Part shown: piece after piece, positions 1 through 12,647 of the stretch
How the letters are laid out: every line of letters begins with the position of its first letter
Position numbering within the stretch: position 1 is the stretch's first letter
Notes under the pieces: generated by a model
What the model saw: only the letters and a program-made list of their open reading frames with translations
Database searches by the model: none
What the model was told of the DNA's origin: nothing
Program-made: the position numbers and the translations under genes
From: Styela clava
Lineage: Eukaryota
Direction: 5' to 3'
Assembly: GCF_964204865.1 (NCBI RefSeq)
Contig: NC_135259.1
Span: 20,150,001 to 20,214,000, forward strand
DNA: 64,000 nt

Positions 1-55
1 CACTGAAATTGCAACCATCTCTTCAGTTCATTAATTAATTCTGTAAAAAAAAATG

Positions 56-162
56 GGTGCGACTTTCGTATGCGATCTCAGCAGTTGTATGATACTAGTT
101 AGGGTTAGAAACTGAATCCTCCACTTTGTTATTCGATTGAGATCACATCCCAAAGTCGTACC
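56..162. mobile_element. 107-bp MITE, GG termini, 8-bp TSD (Merlin-like by inference)
   Basis: TIRs ggtgcgactttcgtatgcgatctca / tgagatcacatcccaaagtcgtacc; TSD aaaaaatg/aaaaattg; internal gttagggttag. Confidence 0.75.
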
Positions 163-242
163 AAAAATTGTGATTCCTTCATTTGTAAATTAATCCAATT
201 TTTAGTGAATACAAATCAACTGGAAGCCATCAAAGTATAAAG

Positions 243-503
243 CAGTGGCTCTCAACCTTTTATAACCCCCTGCCGGAGCCTTTAAGCACTCATACATACA
301 TACATACATACATACACTCACCCTCCTGTTTGGTGGATCGCAAACGCTATTATGTTCAAACTATCATGCTCAACAAAAAACATACCTTTGTCAAGCAATG
401 AAACTAGGAGGAACAGGGAGTTTTTTTCTAAAAGGAAATATAACATCAGTTTCGTGTCTAGCATGGTGGCCCCAGCAGAGACCCCTTTGGTTGGAAACTG
501 CTG
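243..503. mobile_element. hAT-type MITE
   Basis: cagtggctctcaacc...ggttggaaactgctg, TSD gtataaag/gtataaat. Related CAG..CTG elements lie near 25726, 30300, 36432, 38529, 40082, 47173, 48084, 57483 and 63238. Confidence 0.8.
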
Positions 504-1444
504 GTATAAATCAAAGCTACTAGTACAAACAACGTGAAAGGTGATTAAAAAATTGCTAAATCGATGCATTGAGAAGTGTGTTTATTATCTTTCGACACAA
601 ATAAAATATTAAAAACGGCTTAAGAACCATTAAAAGATATAATTAAAGTATATTTATGAATAACCTTCAACAAACAGGTTGAATGGTAAAAAGTGGAAAG
701 ATATTTTTTATGATAAGCATTGCCGCATGATACACCGCAACAGTTACAGTTTTAGAACAAGACAATGATTTAGCAAAACGTAGGAAGCGGGATCACGCAA
801 AAAAATTGCTGAATTGTTTTTCTGTAACAAGAATTAATAATGTAATAAAGACTCTAACTGTTCCAAAAATGCAATTTTATTACCACAATACGACGAGCAA
901 TAAAAAAATGTCTCCTATTGTCACGAAAATCTAATTTACCGTGGAAATCAGACGATAAGTATTTGTTGTCAAAATAATTAAAACGTCACATAAAGTAAAT
1001 TTTGGTAACGACATTACCGGTGTTATCGGAAAAACGATCATTTTGTGGGCGTTAAATTAAAATTAGAACGACTTCAAATTGTTGTGATTCTCGGTAATTG
1101 CGTCAGACGCGATATTTTGGTCTTTCTTGAGCGTCAAGGTACGGACGGAATGTAGAAATTAAAGTTGATAAAAACAGATAATATAAATTTAACCATACTC
1201 TTGTAGTGTGTGTTCCAGGTAAGGGTTAAGGCACAATATTATTCCTATTTTTCTCATTTTAGTTCTATTACGAGTTCGGGGACTGTCCGTGTTAGCCAAG
1301 TGAATACACCCCCTGCTCATATGTTCCAGTCCCTTTATACAAGTAGGGGAACAAAATTATTTACCTTTATATCGGTACACACATTTCTGGAGCGTCCTTG
1401 TTTGCAAGTGCTGTTATGACCACTTTGTGGCGTCTGAAGCTGCC

Positions 1445-1758
1445 GCAAAACCATGGCGGGGAGGCCAAACCATGGCCGCTATGGCCAAACCAAGACTGCT
1501 ATGGCCAAACTATGTCCGCTATGGCCAAACCATAGCCGCTATGGCCAAACCATGGCCGCTATGGCCAAATCAAGACCGCTATGGCCAAACCATAGCCGCT
1601 ATGGCCAAACCATAGCCTCTATGGCCAAACCATGGCCGCTATGGCCAAACCAAGACCGCTATGGCCAAACCATGGCCGCTATGGCCAAACCAAGACCGCT
1701 ATGGCCAAACTATGTCCGCTATGGCCAAACCATAGCCGCTATGGCCAAACCATGGCGG
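1445..1758. repeat. 20-bp GC-rich minisatellite (aaaccatggccgctatggcc) x about 15
   Basis: Direct tandem copies with four recurring variants. Confidence 0.95.
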
Positions 1759-3636
1759 ATGACTTTTGCGCTGACACAAACAATTGCGTGTGACGGGGTA
1801 CCACGGCAGCAAAATAGAAACTATGGCGGGTAATAAAGTATGCTGCCACAAACCATGGCATGTAGTAATTCAGTAAAGTATAAAAAATTTATTTACTTAG
1901 TGGCTATTTATAGAAGAGTGTATATGTTATTTCTTATACTATTTTCTTGTTGTTTTGGTCTAGTGCCTATGCTCTGTAATTTGGAACGATAAGTTAAAAA
2001 TGAAAAAAAATTATTCGGCTCAAATCTTGATTAACTTGTCTTTAACGCAAATGACCATGGCAAGAGACGCCATGGAGATCTCATGGAGTGGTCATAACTG
2101 CGACTCCTTTTTTGAGTGTCAAGGTACTGACGGAATTTCGATAGTAAAGTTAATAAACACAGCTAATATAAATTTTGAAAACTATAAATGTACAAGTCAT
2201 TCATAAAGTCCTGTATTAAATTAAAACTTTGATATGCTCCGTGCAACTTATGTAAAGCACATAAAGGTGTATTAAATGAAGCAAAAAGCTCACTGATTAA
2301 AATAAAAAATATGATAACGATGTATCAATAACTGACTTCAAATTTTGAATGTAATGGAGTTTTAAAAACACTGTGAATCTGATTTAATTTTGTGTTTTTG
2401 ACATATTTTGGAGGTATAAGTCCATCTTCAAAAATAAATTGTGAACTAATAGTGCCATAGCACTGATAGGGGGAATATAAAAGTGTCTTGAATGAAGTAA
2501 AAACCTAAAAAAACACTGATTTACATAAAACAAACTTAGTTAGAATGTATTAATAACTGACTTCATAGCGATATTGTAACGTGATTTTATCAACCGGTCA
2601 ACCGGCTAACCAAATAATCAATCGATAATCTGTCAAATGCCACGAATTAGCGTTTTCAGATCAAATTCGATATTTTATTCATTTATTTTTTATTTGGGGG
2701 TTCCTTGTAACATCCATCAGTCAGGTAAAGTTAAACAAGCCTTTCAGCCTTTTTTGGACAAGATTGTTTTTGATATAAAAAATGTTTTTTTATCCTGCTT
2801 TTCGGTTCATGCGTTCTTTGTAACATCCATCAAACAGTTAAATTTGAATCAATCTTTTGAAATTTTTTGGACTAAACTGCTGCTGTTGTTATAAAAAATG
2901 TCTCGTATACTCTAATTGATTTTAAATGTCCAGAACGTGAAGGTGGATAAAGCTTTTATTTTTTTCAATTTCTTTTTCGATTTTTGTGCACCCAAAACTT
3001 TTAATTTATTTTTGTACTTATGAAATTTTTTTTTTATTAGGTTTTCGTGTCCATATATTCGAGCGATGTACTCTAGTATCCAATATTAATAGATTACTGC
3101 ATGGTTAAAAAGTTTTGACTCATACATTCTAATGAAATTTTGTGACGTTTGAAATTGCCCCATCGGAAGTCCTAAAAAGTAATTTTTAATTAAAAATGAA
3201 AATTTCTCATCATATTAAATCATTTCATTAAATCATGATACGTCAAGGTGATATTTTGAAAACCTTCTTTGTCAGATTACAACATACTATTTTACTTTAA
3301 TGTCAAGTGATGAAACGACATTTGACATTTAAAAGAAACAATTGAAATTTAATGAATGCGACTTTATTAAAACTATGATCTTTTTAATCCTTATAATTAC
3401 TTTCGAATTGAGTAAAAAAATCTATATTTGAAAATTTGCAAAATTGAACTAGTGATGACTCATCATGACTAAAATCATAACATTATTCTTTAATAACTTT
3501 AATAACTTCTTTATTAAACGCTTCTAACGTTTTCCCTTATGAACAAAGGCTCTCTGTATGCGAAGACACTAAAAATACCCTTTTTTATTTTTCATTTGAC
3601 GCCTTTTCGTGACTTTCCACGTCGGACAAGGCTCTG

Positions 3637-3768
3637 TGCATGTAATCAATATGCAACAATCTACTGAAAACTAGTTATATTAAAATGTAGCAGAGCACGG
3701 ATTTCATGCTTCTGTTACATTTTAATATAACTAGTTTTCGGTAGATTGTTGCATATTGATAGCATGTA
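3637..3768. repeat. Near-perfect foldback palindrome, about 50-bp arms
   Basis: atcaatatgcaacaatctactgaaaactagttatattaaaatgt pairs with acattttaatataactagttttcggtagattgttgcatattgat. Confidence 0.92.
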
Positions 3769-6700
3769 TCTACTAAATTTCAGATTTTAAATCCATTTTT
3801 TGAGGGGCTCGAAAAGGGTTGTGCAACATTTTTGTGGGTGGGCCATATATCTAACCTCAAACATCTATCTAGCTGAACGACACAAAAAAATAGTTTTTCC
3901 ATGTACAAAACAAAAAACGAAGCCAAATTAGACAGTATGAGATAGCGGATCCGGAAAGAGTGAGGTTTCATGTTTTGGGGGGTCTACAATCGTTTCAAGT
4001 ATCAAAGTTGTTATGAATGATACAGAAAATGCGTTTTTTTTCACATTTCAGACCCCCTTCTCGGCTACACCCTAACCCACTTATCCCGACCAAAGAAAAT
4101 TGCTATAGTTCCTAACTTTTTATTTAAAATTAATATAAATTGAAAACGTGTCTAATTTACTCATTTTAAAGTCTTGACGCTTAAAAGTTATTTTAGCACA
4201 AGTTTCGTCAAATTTGCACTCTAAATTTTTATCATTAGATTCGACAATTTCGTCATTCGTTGTGTCGTGGGTTACTGACATTTGCAAGAGTTGATTAGAG
4301 TACCACATGATTGTCATTGCCTTACGAATTATTTTCTCTTATTATATTTATCTTAAGTGAGGTAAACCGCTAGTTTCTGATGTGATCCATTTAATTTTAT
4401 TCTGTTGATTATGTTTATATTAGAAATGAAAAATTAAATTATTGCCTCACCATTCTTGAATTTATAATCGAATATAAAATTAGCTGGGATTTCTGAAATT
4501 TCTAATTGCCATGTTAAACCGTAACAACTTGTAAGTCCGGGGTTTTCCGCGGGGTTTCGAGAGTCTTGATTGTCTAAAAGAGGTTTATTTTTTCTCCAAC
4601 CTGATTACCCTGTTTCCCTCCGGCCACACCCCTGCCCCAAACAAAGAAAACAAGTATGGTTTCTAACTTTTCATTCAAAATTATCATATCTTAAAAACCT
4701 GTCTAATTTACTAAGTCTTAACGCTGAAAAGGTATTTTTAGCACAAGTTTCTTCAAATTTACATTCTAAATATTTATTTACATTCATTTATTATTACAAA
4801 TTTCGTCTTACGTTGTTTCGTGGGTTACTGACATTTGCAAAAGTCAATTAAGTTCTAGACATGACGTAATGCGGTTGAATGTACATGCCCTTAACAAATC
4901 TGTAATGTTATGTTAGATAAACAGTTTAGCTAAAATTAAACAGCGAAACTGTCAATGAATTTTATATTGTCGTTTTAAATAAGATTAAAAGGTTAAGCTT
5001 TGAAAAATCCAATTTCATGATATGTTTTGCAAATTTCCTTCTGGTCTTGTGGGATCGTATATACATATTTAGGTCCCCAGCCAAATTTCTCTGACGGTTT
5101 AAGTGCTTCTATTTGTTGAAATGATTCTAGTCACATCGCGTCTTTGGAAGAGGGCTATTTGCAAAAGTCGATTAAATTCTAGACATCACGCAACTAGTAG
5201 ACCAATAAATTTCAAATTTTCAGTAGGCCTATAAACACAAAAAGTTTCTGAATAGCTTATTCATTGCTTTTACTTTTCGCAAATTTCCTTCTACTCTTGT
5301 GGGATCGTATAAATATATTTAAGTCCTCAGCCAAATCTCTTTAGCGGTAGGAGTAGAGTGCCGATCGTGTCTTTATGGTAAAATGATTCAGTAGGAGCAA
5401 GTATTCTGGCGGTGTATTTCAGGTTGGATTGATTCCGGTAACATGGAGTCTTTAGAAAAGTTTCAATTGCAAAAGTCAATTAAATTCTAGACTTGACATA
5501 CTGCGGTTGAATGTAGGTTCTCTTAATAAAACTATAATGTCATGTTACATTTACTGTTTAGATAAAATTACCTTCATTGAATTTTACGTGATTCAAGAGT
5601 CTTGCTGCACACTAACACAAATATATTTCTGTAACGTTTCGTCTGACCAAGGTCAGACTTCTTCAGACATACATAATTCAACTACAACACGAAAAGCAGT
5701 TACATGCATATTTAAACAATCATAGTAGAATTATAGGAGTCACGCATGTTAGGAAAAAAAAAAATAATAATCAGCGCAAGATTGAATTTTACATTGTCGT
5801 TTTTTCTAATAAAAGTAAAATGCAAAACTTGATTAGAAGTAAAATGTTAAACTTTAAAAAATCCAGTTTCATGGGATGTTTCTCAATGTTCGTAGGTAGA
5901 TAGGTTACTTATTTAGGCTAGGATATAAATACTAGACTTAAGAAAATGGTTAGAATCAGCATATGAACTATTTGGTGAACATGATTTTTCAAAGTTTCCT
6001 TTCTTGTTGTGAAAAAAATCGCTTGTATCATTCACTAATGGACCAAATGCTTTTAAATTTTCAGTGGTTGATGATTGTATTTTTCGCTAGAAGGTCATTA
6101 CTTTTATATATCTTCAAAAATCCGATTTGTTCCGATCGTTCGTTTTGATGTACAGTGACGTCATCAAAATGAAAAAATTGCGCTACTTGTGGCGGTTCCG
6201 CTTGTGCGTATGTTCAAACTTGCTGCGATACGGTCCCGTTAGGCTACTCGCTATGTATAACCCACCACTTCGTTTTGGCTATTGTGTCCATATTTGTGCA
6301 TAGCTTTATTGTTTTATTGCAACGGCCGAAGTCTTTCCAGTTTTGCGCATCTATCCGATTCATTGCACTCTAGGTGATTTGTGATCATTGGTGATCATTT
6401 AAACTGCGATGACGTAATATTTATGTATGAATCTGTGCCCTAAATAGGGTACTTATGGCAAAAGTCGTGTTTTTTGCAAGGTTTTTAGCTGTTTCTTTAT
6501 GGATTTTGCGCGCTTCTTGCTTGTTTTTTAGGAATGTTTTCACGACTTTTGCACGTTTTAGCAAAGTTATTGGCGTTTTTTTACAGTAAAAACCGTGCAA
6601 AACACCAAAAACTTGATTTAATAAGTTCAATAATACACTTGGCGCATTTTATTCTTGGGTGCAAGGTGATTCCAAAACAGAATTCAGGATTTGTAACATA

Positions 6701-7139
6701 TTCTAGAGAAAACGTAACTTTTGTGCAAAGAGTTGGTGAAAATTTAATATAATCATACGAACCGAAAAAAGTCAAGTGTTCAATAAATTGCCGCTGTTGA
6801 GTAATTGAAAAATTGATGGGTTGTGTTTTTGGCCCCCCGCATGTAAACTAATACATTTCTGAAGTGGTTCTCAACAAAATTTAATTACTTACTTGTGGTT
6901 ATTAGACATTCAGCCCTTTAATTTATTCCAGTAACTACCAATTAATGATTTATATCAGAACCACTTGTTGTAATGTCAACCATTAAACTAATTGAAGTTT
7001 GGTAAAGACGAGAGAGAAGTGGTTATATATGTTAAGAATTGCATCACTGATATGGGTAAAGCCACGTCAGCAAAATGGTATGGGTTCGCCTACTTTACAT
7101 CAAGTTGTGTAATAAGACTGAAATCTATGGACAGGGGGA

Positions 7140-8190
7140 TATTCACTTGGCTAACACAGACAGTCGCCGAACTCGTAATAGGAATAAAATAAGGAAATCA
7201 GAATGAAATTATGGCCTAACCCTAACCAGGTACACACACTACGGGAGTACCGAAATTTCAATGGTTTAAAGAAGTTACCAAATGGTATATGGTGGTATTT
7301 GTATCAATTATATACGACGAAAATTCGAAAAAAAAGGGAATCGTTTCCTCGCAACAACAACAACAACGTCAATTCAGCAAAACGAGAAATAAATCTCTGT
7401 CGTGTTTGACAATTTAAATTTGGTGACAGCACATTATTATTATATTATATTATATTTCAGATAATATTTTTCCAAAATGTTTCCAGTTTTTTCTGATTCA
7501 ATTTATTATTTAAGTACACGCGGCAGTAATTTGATTTGGTGTCAAGGCACTTTGATATTGAATAAACATTTCTTTTCAAAGTTCACTATTAATAGAAATT
7601 ATTTTTCAAAATTGTTATGAATGATGCAGAAATTTGCGTTAGCACAAGTTTCGTCAAATTTGCATTTAAATTATTTATCATCAGATTCGACAATTTCGTA
7701 ATTCGTTGTTTCGTGAGTTAGTGACACTTGGCTGATATAGTCAGTCGCCGAACTCGTAATAAACCTTAAATAAGGAAAATCGGAATAAAATTATGCCCTA
7801 AACCTAACCTGGTACACACACTACGGGAGTACCAAAATTCCAATGGTTTAAAGAAGTTACCGGATGTTATATGGAGGTAAGCGTATCAATTATATACGAC
7901 GAAAATTTGAAAAAACAAGGAATCGTTTCCTCAAACAACAACAATAATACCAACTTTAATTCAGCAAAACGAGACATAAATCTCCGTCTTGTTTAACAAT
8001 TTATGATATTGCAAAGATTATTTTCCGAAATTTTACATTTATTTCTGAACCAATATATACATTATTTCCATAAGTACCTGCGGCATTCGTTTTCTTTTAT
8101 ATTTTATAACGGGTCCACGCGATATCCAGTAATTTGATTTGGTGTCAAAGCACTTTGATGAATGAATAAACATTTCAAAAGTTCAAAATT
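7140..8190. repeat. Diverged direct duplication (about 7140-7580 vs 7728-8190)
   Basis: Shared MITE half plus flank (aagaagttacc...atacgacgaaaatt...ggtgtcaa.gcactttgat). Confidence 0.8.
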
Positions 8191-8849
8191 TCACTCTAAT
8201 ATAATATATATCTAATATAATATAAGTCTTGGAATTCTTTTAAAAGTGCAAAAGGAATTCATCGATAACGTATATTGTTTTGGTCTTTGCAGATGTATTA
8301 AATGAAGTAAAAATACTTGAACAATTACTGATTAAAAAACAACAAACCTGGTCAAGATTTATTGCGAACGGACTTCATTTCAAAATTGAAAATGTAAAGA
8401 GACTTTATGGAAATCCTGTATATTTCTAAGTACCTGCGGCATTCGTCTAGCCTTGCGGCATTCGCCTCTATGGAACCGTCAATTAGTGCTTTTTACGGCC
8501 ACATAAGTGATGCTTGGTGTAATTAAATACTGCAGACGATATTATCTGCGCGAATAGACATCCGCGTATTTCACAATCTCGCCCCTGTTATCTCGATCTG
8601 TCTTTGAACGGCTTTCAGTCGTAATAAATGTTTCCCTCGAGCATTGATTTCCGTTACAATGACTAATCACCAACAAGTCAACGATGATGTAATAATGGCA
8701 CTTCGTGCAGTCGCTCAGATATTTCTTTTGCTGATGCAGATATTCAAGAAGGGTTGTAAACATTGGATCGTTTTCACGTATCATTTGTTAATTTCCAGTT
8801 TACTAGCGCATCAATGCACCAATATGAAAATATATAGTTATACCTAGGT

Positions 8850-9157
8850 CAGGGCTCCTCAACTATTTTGACCGAAGATCAAAACTTCAAATTTATTTGG
8901 TTCCGGTGTTTCCAGAAATTATTTTCCGGCATCCCTAAACGCGCACTTTCTGGAACGACTCATGATCATTCGCTATTCAAGATTGTTTATGATTGTGTTA
9001 TAGTACTTTTCATATATAATTGAAACTATAAAAGTCATTTTATAAACGAAACTTAAAAAGTGGAACTAATGATCCAAAATAAAGAATTAAGTGCGGTCCA
9101 AATGAAATAATCAGAAAGTCCGGATTCGCATCGCGGTCCGTCAGTTGAGTAGCCCTG
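8850..9157. mobile_element. hAT-type MITE
   Basis: cagggctcctcaact...agttgagtagccctg, TSD acctaggt/atctaggt. Confidence 0.85.
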
Positions 9158-9663
9158 ATCTAGGTAGTCAAACGACCCGATAGTCGAACAATTCCGTAGT
9201 CGGCTAAAAAATTCGTGTCAAATATGCTGCGGTACGCGAATGGAAACAAGAATTTGGTACTCGAACACCCGAGCGGGTCGCCGAGTAAGATGACGTCACC
9301 TGAACCGCGCATATCGTCTGCTTCTTGACCCTTCGACAAGAGAGCGATGCTCAAATATATGGACACAAGGTACTCATGCAGTATGTTAACTAAGATGGCG
9401 GACACCGGAACGTAGCATGTGTACCAGGTTAGGGTCAGGACATATCTTTCAATCTGAGTTTTCTTATTTTGTTATATTAGGAGTTCGGGTACTAGCCAAG
9501 TGACATACTACGTTCCAGTGTTCGCCATCTTGGTGCACTTACTACGGGAGCGTCGGACACAAAGTAGTCCTAGTGTGCAATCTGTCATAGTGAGCTAAAG
9601 TTATATAATAAATCAATCTGCTTTTGACAAAATCACAAATCAAAATGTATATTTTCATCAACA

Positions 9664-9669
9664 TTTATT
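9664..9669 (-). terminator. Candidate polyadenylation signal of the mosaic gene
   Basis: AATAAA on the minus strand about 810 nt downstream of the stop, at the end of an AT-rich putative 3' UTR. Not unique in AT-rich DNA. Confidence 0.3.
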
Positions 9670-10479
9670 AATAAACAGATACATGGGGGGTACATTATAG
9701 TATTTAAAAATATTACATCTTAATTATAAACTGTATTATAACTAAATAAATTACTGTAATGTACATTGTAAACAAAATCATATTTTTTTGCTATTAAATA
9801 TAAATATTTGTATATAATGCTGTATGTATTTTACTATAAATCAGTTTAACTAAATATATAAAGTACGAAAAAATTCAATAGATAAACAATATATGGGTAT
9901 AAATAAATATAGCTACATTGAAAAATCAAAAAGATATACAATCAACATTAAATACCTCTGTATTCAATGACAAATAAATAGATAACAACGTAGAAAACAC
10001 ATGTACATGGAATAAAAAAATTGTTTCAGCTCTCGAAATTCAATGGGAATGAATATATTATATATATATATTAGTGGATCTGTATAATTAAAATTTATAT
10101 TGGTTAAATTTAATAAAATACACATTGAATAAACGCGGTGGGTAAAAAAATTTGGGCCCCACTGCGGTAGAATACAGGAATAAACTGGGGGTCGCGACCC
10201 TCATTGGTGCGCGCAGCGAAATTTGGGGGGCGAAAAGGGTACACCAATTTCACAAGAAGCACCATATCTATTCTAAATTTCAGACTTTCGACTGCAAAAC
10301 TAGTGCAAAACGTAAATCTCACGATTTCGAAAGAAAACATAGTATCAGAGAAACAGCGCGCTTGTTCAACAACGCCGACTTAACAGTGATCGCTTAAAAT
10401 TTTAATATATTGAAAGGGGTCGCGAGCACAAAAGTTGCCCTTGTCTAATAGACCGACCCTGCATAAATCTTTACTCTCC

Positions 10480-12647
10480 TTAACATTGCGAGCTGCAAAC
10501 CTTCTTTTCGATATTTTGAACAGTTTTTTCCAAGTCAACAAATTTATCGACTGTTACAATATTTTCCGAGATTGGTTTCGACGCAATTGCTTCTAATTCT
10601 GACCATCTTGCTTCCTTTACACCAACAGCAACGACATGGACGTTCAATTGCCTTAGCTTTTTAGCTGTAAATATAAGTAAATGATATTAAATGACGAGTT
10701 ACAAATTTACAAACAAGAAGGCTGAGGGCAGCTTTGTAATGCATTTCTTACATTTGCTTATTTTGAAACCCTTTATTTCTGACCCATTATGTTCAAAAAC
10801 TTTTTCTTATTGCTGTTTTTAGTTTTCTGTTTGATGTTCAATTTTATCGAATATTTATTATTTTTTTTGCTGAACATGAAGTTATTTGGAAACGATTTGA
10901 TATTTGGCAATTTACCGAAGGGCGTGAGTAAGCGTCGTATATATAAATACCTGGCTCAGTGACGTCATCCAGAGATTTCCCATCAGTCAGCAGGACAACG
11001 ACATCTTTCGCTCCGTCTCTTCGGCCGATGAAGTTTTCGATGACGTACTCAATTGCTTTTCCTGCAGAGTGTACAAAAAATTGATCGTCAGTTAATACTT
11101 CGGTATATGACATCCGTTGTCTTACAAAAAAAGTAGGACAGCAATGGCCGAGAGCAGCGATCGGCAACCTGCAAGCTCTTTCTTCTCGGAGCTCCGGCTC
11201 CCTTGAATCAAAGTTGTTACAGCAGTTTTTTTGTTAAAAACAAGCAGTGGGGATTTGATGAAAGTGAAGGCATCAAGTCAAATATTTCTTACTAATTAGT
11301 ATACGAAGCAATCAATAAAAATGGGTCACATTAAAGTGATACAAATTTGCAAAACCAGGGCTGAGTCGCTGGTTCAAAATCACAATGGCACCATCTCCAG
11401 CGTCACAGTATATTTCGACTCTATTGCATTTGGCGTGTTCTTAGTAAGAACTAAATTAATGCTCCATAAGTGATTTTCCGAGAGTTTTAATAACTACTGA
11501 CATTAGTGTGGATGTTGCGGCTAAAATATGGTTACTCACATTGTCCAGTAAAGGTTAGGGTTAAGAAGTCAGATTGCGCTGAAAATTCAATTTTTGAATC
11601 ATTCCCAATTCTAACTCTAACCTTAACTGGATGATTGGATGATGGATATATCCAAAAAATTGAGAACAGCTGCACTAATTACTAACCAGTATAAGTTCCT
11701 AATCCTGAGTAAGTGAGCTTTCCGATCGCTTCTTCAAATTCGACGTTCGAATCAAAAATCTCGTTGTTATTGAGAGGGACAATCTTTGAGTGATACACAA
11801 TGGCGGTAACTTGAGTAAAGTCCACAGATAATACGAATCGTTTCTGGAGCTGAAAGACAAGAAAATTGAATATTATAGATCATTGAGCATAAAAAAGTGT
11901 ACATACATGCATAAAGAGACCAAAAGCCGCTTCGGTCATGACTTTAACTTAATGTGCACATTTTTCATAATGCCAACCCAGAGTCAGTCAGTCAAATATT
12001 TATTTGTCGTCACAAAAAACGAATACACAAAGATTGGTACAGAAAAATGAACTGGATCGTTAAGACGAGGATCGCGATGGACCTGGTTAGGTCTTCAAGC
12101 AGCAACACCTATAGTGTTGTTAGTGTAAAAAAAAATAATTGCTTTCGCTGAAAACATTGACTATGCAATAGTCATGATGATGAACACATTTGACTACAAC
12201 CCAAATAATTTTGGGAACTTAAGAGAGATAGCAACTTTGCTAACATATACAATAAAATTGGTAAAGAGACAAATTGACGACATAGGCAGTTTTGAAAAGT
12301 CGTGTAAATATTATTTAGATAGAGAGAAGTTAATGAGCTTTAGAGAAAACTTGCAAAAAAGACTATTTAGAAAATCATATAACGTTTATATGCAGAACAA
12401 ACCAATTTTTTTAGGTTCTTTTTTATCTTAACCCAGAACACTTCAAGAGTTTCATTTTAGTTGACGCTTAGTTAGACACTTAAATACTTTCTTAAACTTC
12501 GACGTTCCGTTTTGTTGAAAGCATTGATGGTTTTTAAACTTACATCTTTCACAAATTGCTTTATATCATAGAAGTTTTCGAGTCCGACGCTGCTTGAACT
12601 ATCCAAAACAAAAATCAGATTCATTCTTGCGTACGGAGCACAGTCAT
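10480..12647 (-). CDS. Exons 14-17: von Willebrand factor A domain
   Basis: [13 protein letters not shown] (DxSxS), [33 protein letters not shown] residues appear complete. Confidence 0.92.

Noticed and set aside
1427-1833. Repetitive ORFs (MAKPWPLWPN...)
   Set aside because: Translations of the stop-free 20-bp minisatellite, open in several frames, with no splice context.
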